This document shows, piece after piece, positions 25,274 through 29,734 of a stretch of 29,734 nucleotides of DNA. The position numbers and the translations under genes were made by a program. Below the pieces are notes generated by a model. It was given only the letters and a program-made list of their open reading frames with translations, made no database searches and was not told the origin of the DNA. The DNA lies in NCBI GenBank assembly GCA_031409335.1, contig JANNWY010000301.1, forward strand, positions 1-29,734. Reading direction: 5' to 3'. This stretch comes from Chthoniobacteraceae bacterium. Lineage in GTDB: Bacteria; Verrucomicrobiota; Verrucomicrobiia; Chthoniobacterales; Chthoniobacteraceae. Each line of letters starts with the position of its first letter. Position 1 is the first letter of the stretch.

Positions 25274-25332
25274 GTCTCGCAACCGTGGCGGACTCCCTGA
25301 TCTACCAGCGCGCGCTCGACTTCAATGGCTGA
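25270..25332 (+). other. 20-codon ORF MSLATVADSLIYQRALDFNG, possible gene remnant
   Basis: ATGA overlap with the cas6e stop; lies in the only sizeable gap among the Cascade genes. Confidence 0.3.
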
Positions 25333-25388
25333 ACCGCTTTCGCGAGATCCAATCAACCCAACCCAAAACCCATCCACACCCAAACACC

Positions 25389-26468
25389 ATGCGTCTGATC
25401 GAACTCCACATCCTCCAATCCTTCCCCGTCTCTTGCCTCAATCGCGACGACGTGGGTTCTCCCAAAACCGCCGTCTTTGGCGGTGTCAACCGCGCCCGCC
25501 TCTCCAGCCAATCCCTCAAGCGGGCGATTCGCGAATACGCGCAGGATAACCTGCCCGACGCGCGCTTCGGCGGCGAGCGGACCAAGCTGATCGTTGGCCC
25601 GCTCACCGAGGCTTTGAAAAAGCATGGCGTGACGGATGAAAAGTCTGCCGCCGACCACGCGGCCCACATCGCGGACAAGTTGGCGAAACTCGATGCCAAA
25701 TCCGTGAAGGAAGGCGAGACTCCGCAGGTCGGCACCCTGACCTTTCTCGCGCCGTCGGAGATTGACTCGATCGCGCGCCAGGTCGCGGAATTGGTAAAAG
25801 AGAATCCCAAGTCGAAGGACTACGACAAGAAGCTCGATAAGTTCTGCAAAGCCGCAGGATTGCTCGATGGGGCGGACATCGCGCTCTTTGGCCGCATGGT
25901 CGCGAGCCTGCCTTCGCTCACGCTCGAAGGCGCGGCCATGTTCAGCCACGCCCTTTCCACCCACAAAGCCGACAACGACCTCGATTTCTACTCCGCCGTG
26001 GATGATCGGAAATCGAAGGATGAAGACGCGGGCGCGGGCATGATCGGCACCCTGGAATTCTCTTCCGCCGTTTATTACCGCTACGCCGCGATCAATCTCG
26101 ATCTGCTCGCCGATGAATCCCATCTCGCAAAGCTCTCCGTGGACGATCGCCGGAAAGTCGTGGACGCCTTCATCCGTGCCACGCTTCAGGCAGTGCCGGG
26201 TGCGCGGAAAAATTCCATGAACGCGCACACCCTTCCCGGCGGCGTGCTCGGCACTTTCAAATCCGCGGGCCAGCCCGTGCAACTCAGCAATGCCTTCGAA
26301 GAGCCCGTCCGGCCCAAGTCGGGACTGCTCGCGGAATCCATCGCGCGGATGAAGACCCATCATGAGTCCTTGAAAAGCACTTGGGGCATCACCTGCGACA
26401 CCGAGGTTTTTCTCCCCGACGTGAATCTCAAAGCCTTCTGCGAAGCCCTGACGAAACATGTCCTCTGA
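25389..26468 (+). CDS. cas7: Cascade backbone Cas7 (Cse4/CasC)
   Basis: IELHILQSFPVSCLNRDDVGSPKTAVFGGVNRARLSSQSLKRAIR, DIALFGRMVA, HALSTH, DFYSAVDD, GAGMIG..EFSSAVYYRY, LSNAFEEPV. Confidence 0.97.
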   Translation: MRLIELHILQSFPVSCLNRDDVGSPKTAVFGGVNRARLSSQSLKRAIREYAQDNLPDARFGGERTKLIVGPLTEALKKHGVTDEKSAADHAAHIADKLAKLDAKSVKEGETPQVGTLTFLAPSEIDSIARQVAELVKENPKSKDYDKKLDKFCKAAGLLDGADIALFGRMVASLPSLTLEGAAMFSHALSTHKADNDLDFYSAVDDRKSKDEDAGAGMIGTLEFSSAVYYRYAAINLDLLADESHLAKLSVDDRRKVVDAFIRATLQAVPGARKNSMNAHTLPGGVLGTFKSAGQPVQLSNAFEEPVRPKSGLLAESIARMKTHHESLKSTWGITCDTEVFLPDVNLKAFCEALTKHVL

Positions 26469-27153
26469 GTCGTGCCTGCCTCTGTTCCTCGATGGCCCGC
26501 TGCAATCGTGGGGCCATTCCTCGCGCTTCGAGCGCCGCACCACGGCGCTGCATCCTACCCGCAGCGGCGTCTTCGGCATCATCGCTGCCGCCCTCGGGAT
26601 CGACAAATATGGCGCCGATGAAGCGGCGCAGTTGCAGCGCTTCGCCGAGTTGCGCGTCACCGTCGCCACCTTGCCGCGGCGGGATCGCTGGAGCGAACCG
26701 GTGCCCATTCGACGGCTGGCGGATTACCACACCGTCACTGGCATTCGCCGCGCGAGTGGAAAAGTGGACGCTGACGCCACCGTCCAGACCTACCGGCATT
26801 ACCTCCTCGATGCCCGCTTTGGCATCCTGCTGGAAGGCGACGCCGCTCTTTTGAAAGAAATCGCCAACGCGCTGCATAACCCTCGCTGGGGAATGTGGCT
26901 CGGGCGCAAGTGCTGCCTGCCCGCCAGCCCCATCCTTGCGGCTTCGGTTTCGGATCGAGCGACGGCGTGGGCCGCGTTGCTCCAGCGCGCCGGTTATTCC
27001 GATCAGGAGACTCTCTCGCACTTTGACCACATCATCGAAGTCGCCGCCTCCGAGCCCGGCGCAGACCTGATCGAAGACACCCCGATCGGTTATGGCCACC
27101 CCATCGGCGAACGCCACGCCCCGCGCTGGATTTGCCGCGTGCCTAAATCCTAA
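26458..27153 (+). CDS. cas5: Cascade subunit Cas5e (CasD)
   Basis: LDGPLQSWG..SRFERRTT..HPTRSGVFGIIAAALG, DYHTV, RHYLLDARF, LGRKCCLPASPI. Confidence 0.96.
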   Translation: MSSESCLPLFLDGPLQSWGHSSRFERRTTALHPTRSGVFGIIAAALGIDKYGADEAAQLQRFAELRVTVATLPRRDRWSEPVPIRRLADYHTVTGIRRASGKVDADATVQTYRHYLLDARFGILLEGDAALLKEIANALHNPRWGMWLGRKCCLPASPILAASVSDRATAWAALLQRAGYSDQETLSHFDHIIEVAASEPGADLIEDTPIGYGHPIGERHAPRWICRVPKS

Positions 27154-27162
27154 ATCCTAAAT
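27142..27162 (+). repeat. (CCTAAAT)x3 heptamer repeat spanning the cas5 stop
   Basis: Three perfect copies. Supplies the cas5 TAA (27151-27153) and ends 4 nt before the cas1-fragment GTG. Confidence 0.9.
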
Positions 27163-27166
27163 CGCC

Positions 27167-27430
27167 GTGCCCCTCTTTGAACGTCCCCCGCTCGAAACCC
27201 TCGCCTCCGCCAAGGACCGCTGGACGCCGCTTTACCTCGAACATGGGCGGCTCGAAGTCGATGACTCCAGCGTGAAATGGATCGGGGCCGATGGGCTGCT
27301 CTGCCGCATCCCGGTTGCCACCTTCGCCGAAGGCAACGCCACCCTGCGCGACCAGCCGCTCTCCTTTGCCACGCCGCGCGACTTTTCCCCGCACCGCGTG
27401 AAACGGATCGAAGCCGGACAGCCAGAGTGA
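27167..27430 (+). pseudogene. Chimeric ORF: first 52 codons of cas1 fused in frame to a Cas5e-like C-terminal tail
   Basis: 27167-27322 matches 28214-28369 at 147/156 nt (manual count). The tail FAEGNATLRDQPLSFATPRDFSPHRVKRI aligns by eye with the C-terminus of the local Cas5. Confidence 0.8.
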
Positions 27431-27512
27431 GTGGGCAGGGCATGATACTGCTCCCAGAAGGCTGCGGTCGTCGAACGGTGTTCCGAGGCCAACCGCCGGT
27501 GCAAAACGTCCG

Positions 27513-27541
27513 TTGCCTGATTCGCCGCCGTTCCCTATTCT
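27513..27541 (+). promoter_or_regulatory. Candidate sigma70 promoter of the TA operon (leaderless geometry)
   Basis: TTGCCT-N17-TATTCT, with the antitoxin ATG (27549) 7 nt after the -10 box. Confidence 0.6.
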
Positions 27542-27548
27542 CCGCGTC

Positions 27549-27776
27549 ATGATCACCATCGAAGAAACGCTCGTTGTGGATGAGGAAGGACACGCCGTCA
27601 TCACGCTGCCGCCCTCGGTGAAGCCGGGACGGCATCGGGCGGTGGTGCAGATTGAGGAGGTGGCGGATGCAGCGTCCGCAAAGCCCGCGGCTCCGAAGGC
27701 GGGATGCTTGAAGGGCTTTTGGATGGCGCCGGACTTTGATGCGCCGCTCGAGGAGTTCCGGGAATACATGGAATGA
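27549..27776 (+). CDS. Putative antitoxin (VapB/DUF2281-like C-terminus), 75 aa
   Basis: Beta-hairpin-like N-terminus (TIEETLVVDEEGHAVITLP...PGRHRAVVQIEE) and acidic tail AGCLKGFWMAPDFDAPLEEFREYM typical of PIN-toxin antitoxins. ATGA-coupled to the toxin. Confidence 0.8.
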   Translation: MITIEETLVVDEEGHAVITLPPSVKPGRHRAVVQIEEVADAASAKPAAPKAGCLKGFWMAPDFDAPLEEFREYME

Positions 27777-28159
27777 AGCTGCTGCTCGATACGCACGCGC
27801 TGATTTGGTTTCTGGAGGATGACCCGAAGCTCACCGTGGCGGCGCGGGATGCAATCGAGGATGCGGCGAATGAGCGTTGGGTGAGCACAGCGAGCGGATG
27901 GGAGATGGCGATCAAGTCGCAGATTGGGAAGCTGGTGTTGCCAAGGCCGTTCGAGGTGCTCTTTCCCGGCGCGTTGGAAGCACACGGCTTTTTCATCCTG
28001 CCGATTCAGCCACGGCATTTGCACCGCTATCACTCGCTGCCATTGCATCACCGCGATCCTTTTGACCGGCTCCTCGTCGCGCAGGCACTCGCGGACGGGT
28101 TTGGCGTCGTCGGCAACGATGCGGCATTCGATGCCTACGGCGTGACGCGAATATGGTAG
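27773..28159 (+). CDS. vapC: PIN-domain toxin (VapC family)
   Basis: MKLLLDTHALIWF, VSTASGWEMAIK...GKL, LPLHHRDPFDRLLVAQA, D.AF.AYGV..IW; acidic PIN residues intact. Confidence 0.93.
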   Translation: MKLLLDTHALIWFLEDDPKLTVAARDAIEDAANERWVSTASGWEMAIKSQIGKLVLPRPFEVLFPGALEAHGFFILPIQPRHLHRYHSLPLHHRDPFDRLLVAQALADGFGVVGNDAAFDAYGVTRIW

Positions 28160-28195
28160 CGGCGCAGTTCAGCGCGTGATGGCAGAGCGGGACAT

Positions 28196-28209
28196 TTCAA
28201 ATCCTAAAT
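28196..28209 (+). repeat. Degenerate heptamer pair TTCAAAT-CCTAAAT before cas1
   Basis: Same unit as at 27142 and 29123; ends 4 nt before the cas1 ATG. Confidence 0.7.
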
Positions 28210-28213
28210 TCCG

Positions 28214-29101
28214 ATGCCCCTCTTCGAACGTCCCCCGCTCGAAACCCTCGCCTCCGCCAAGGATCGCTGGACGCCCCTCTACCTCGAACACGGGCGGCTC
28301 GAAGTCGATGACTCCAGCGTGAAATGGATCGGGGCCGATGGGCTGCTCTGCCCCATCCCCGTCGCCACCGTCTCCGCGCTCATCCTCGGCCCCGGCACCA
28401 CCGTCACCCACGCCGCGATGAAGGCCTGCGCGGAATCTAACACGCCGGTCTGCTGGACGGGCGCGGATTGCCTGCGCTTCTACGCCTTCGGCCTCGCGCC
28501 GAATCACACCAACGAAATGCCCCGGCTCCACGCCACCGCCTGGGCCGACAAAAAGCGGCGCACCCAGATCGCCCGCCGCATGTTTCGGATGCGCTTCCCC
28601 GATGTCGATGTGGAAAGCCGCAGCGTGAACGAACTGCGCGGCATGGAAGGGCTGCGCGTCCGGACGCTCTACGGCCAGCTCGGGCTGGAGCATGGCGTGA
28701 CGTGGAAGGGACGGGATTACGACCGGACCAATTTGGACGTGTCCGACCCGATCAACCGCGCCCTCTCCGCGGCCAACGCCAGCCTTTACGCCCTCGTCGC
28801 CGCCGTCGTCTGCTCGCTCGGTTACGTGCCCAGCCTCGGTTTTGTCCACGATGGGGGAACGCTCCCGTTCATCTATGATGTGGCCGACCTCTACAAACAC
28901 CTCACGAGCATCCCCGCCGCGTTCCTCGCCGCCCGGCAGGATCCCGGCAACGATGGCGAACTCGTGCGCACCTTGCTCAAAGAGCGCGTCGAAGAGCAGC
29001 GCATCCTCCAGCGCATCCCGAAGGATTTGGCGGCGCTCTTCGACACCACCGAAGCCGCTCCCGCCTCCGCCACCGATCGCCCGCCCTCCGCCACCGCGTG
29101 A
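28214..29101 (+). CDS. cas1: Type I-E Cas1 integrase
   Basis: PLYLEHGRLEVDD, ALILGPGTTVTHAA, ARRMFRMRF, LRGMEGLRVR, WKGRDYD, INRALSAAN, LGFVHDG, FIYDVADLYK (catalytic E/H/D present). Confidence 0.97.
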   Translation: MPLFERPPLETLASAKDRWTPLYLEHGRLEVDDSSVKWIGADGLLCPIPVATVSALILGPGTTVTHAAMKACAESNTPVCWTGADCLRFYAFGLAPNHTNEMPRLHATAWADKKRRTQIARRMFRMRFPDVDVESRSVNELRGMEGLRVRTLYGQLGLEHGVTWKGRDYDRTNLDVSDPINRALSAANASLYALVAAVVCSLGYVPSLGFVHDGGTLPFIYDVADLYKHLTSIPAAFLAARQDPGNDGELVRTLLKERVEEQRILQRIPKDLAALFDTTEAAPASATDRPPSATA

Positions 29102-29122
29102 TGCGGGCGAGTTCTTTGAAAT

Positions 29123-29143
29123 CCTAAATCCTAAATCCTAAAT
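29123..29143 (+). repeat. (CCTAAAT)x3 heptamer repeat before cas2
   Basis: Three perfect copies preceded by TGAAAT; ends 3 nt before the cas2 ATG. Confidence 0.9.
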
Positions 29144-29146
29144 TCG

Positions 29147-29446
29147 ATGACCGTCATCATCGCCCACGACACCCCGCCCGCCATCCGCGGGATGCTGAAA
29201 CGCTGGTTCATCGAACCGCAGCCGAACGTCTTCGTTGGCACGCTGAACCGGCGGACGCGGGATAAAACGCTGGAATACATCAAGCGGAACGCCACCGGCA
29301 TCGCCCTGCTCATCGTCTCCACGGAAAGCAACTGCCAGGGTTTCAAGATCGAGACGCACGGCGAAGTGCGCCGCCGCGATGCCCGCCTGTCCGGACTCTG
29401 GCTCGTGGCGGAAAAGTGGGTGGATGCGGAGGCGATTCCGTTCTGA
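29147..29446 (+). CDS. cas2: Type I-E Cas2
   Basis: MTVIIAHDTPPAIRGMLKRWFIEPQPNVFVG, QGF.I.THGE.RR....LSGLWL; no DEDDh fusion. Confidence 0.93.
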   Translation: MTVIIAHDTPPAIRGMLKRWFIEPQPNVFVGTLNRRTRDKTLEYIKRNATGIALLIVSTESNCQGFKIETHGEVRRRDARLSGLWLVAEKWVDAEAIPF

Positions 29447-29497
29447 AAATGGGTGGAAGTTTGTGCTTTCTGATCCGTAACTCTTTGGTAGTTCAGA
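29447..29497 (+). promoter_or_regulatory. CRISPR leader with IHF-like site
   Basis: 51-bp AT-richer gap. The reverse complement of 29478-29490 (TACCAA-AGAG-TTA) has one mismatch to the IHF consensus WATCAAN4TTR. An upstream GGTGGAA element lies about 45 bp from repeat 1. Confidence 0.65.
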
Positions 29498-29734
29498 GTT
29501 TTCCCCACCCGCGTGGGGATGGTCCGACGCGGCGCATGGGAAGCGGCTGATTGAAGCAGTTTTCCCCACCCGCGTGGGGATGGTCCGAGTCGGAGCCATC
29601 GATGCACGGCAGCGGCTTCGTTTTCCCCACCCGCGTGGGGATGGTCCGGGCTCGATCGGAGCCTTTGTGTGAACGGCGAAGTTTTCCCCACCCGCGTGGG
29701 GATGGTCCGAATGTTTCCACGCCAGACCAAATCG
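29498..29734 (+). CRISPR. Type I-E CRISPR array, truncated by the window edge: 4 identical 29-bp repeats, three 32-bp spacers and one partial spacer
   Basis: GTTTTCCCCACCCGCGTGGGGATGGTCCG at 29498, 29559, 29620 and 29681 (61-bp period); hairpin CCCCAC/GTGGGG. Confidence 0.99.

Noticed and set aside
24744..25388. Apparent long N-terminal fusion on Cas7 (574 aa), and similar extensions on Cas11 and Cas6e
   Set aside because: Off-frame overlap with upstream cas genes; family motifs begin at 25389, 24069 and 24608.
27411..27442. Possible regulatory guide after the repeat-like 29-mer matching the cas3 upstream region (AAGCCGG, near 19988-19994 on the minus strand)
   Set aside because: Only 7 nt match and there is no AAG/ATG-type PAM; expected by chance.
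29131..29730. Minus-strand ORFs with repeated [10 protein letters not shown] / DHPHAGGEN peptides
   Set aside because: Translations of the CRISPR repeat, not proteins.
29527..29734. Self-targeting of spacers within the window
   Set aside because: No match noticed by eye; an alignment is needed to exclude it formally.
19908..29734. CRISPR-associated transposon, or Cas2-DEDDh / RT-Cas1 fusion
   Set aside because: No tns/tniQ genes are present, Cas3 nuclease and helicase motifs are intact, and Cas1 (295 aa) and Cas2 (99 aa) are unfused.
1..29734. tRNA, rRNA or riboswitch genes
   Set aside because: Intergenic gaps are short and I recognised no cloverleaf or conserved RNA motif; a covariance-model scan was not run.

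Overview
GC-rich bacterial window. The gene content (PSCyt1-type cytochrome, DUF1080, exported FAD oxidoreductase, SD-less A/C-rich leaders) suggests a PVC organism, probably Verrucomicrobiota; this is an inference. Left to right: (1) a minus-strand IS630-type transposase fragment abutting a 5'-truncated WD40 gene; (2) exported redox/carbohydrate genes (two CxxCH proteins, tandem DUF1080, rhodanese, lactonase); (3) a minus-strand flagellar module (fliD, lipoprotein, flgM-like, fliS, flgN/fliT-like, REC-HD-GYP) with candidate sigma54 and sigma28 promoters; (4) a very small SRAP/YedK-like gene; (5) LysM protein, Tat-exported TIM-barrel epimerase and FAD oxidoreductase, divergent from a 2xFMN-binding/NosR-like/ApbE fusion; (6) DUF2237 and miaB; (7) a complete type I-E CRISPR-Cas locus (cas3-cas8e-cas11-cas6e-cas7-cas5-cas1-cas2, then an array running off the right edge). 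The most unusual part lies between cas5 and cas1. It holds a cas1-5'/cas5-3' chimeric scar and a VapBC-type toxin-antitoxin pair with its own apparently leaderless promoter, with no evident terminator before cas1-cas2, and (CCTAAAT)n heptamers at the gene junctions. All family calls come from recognising motifs by eye; no database searches were run.
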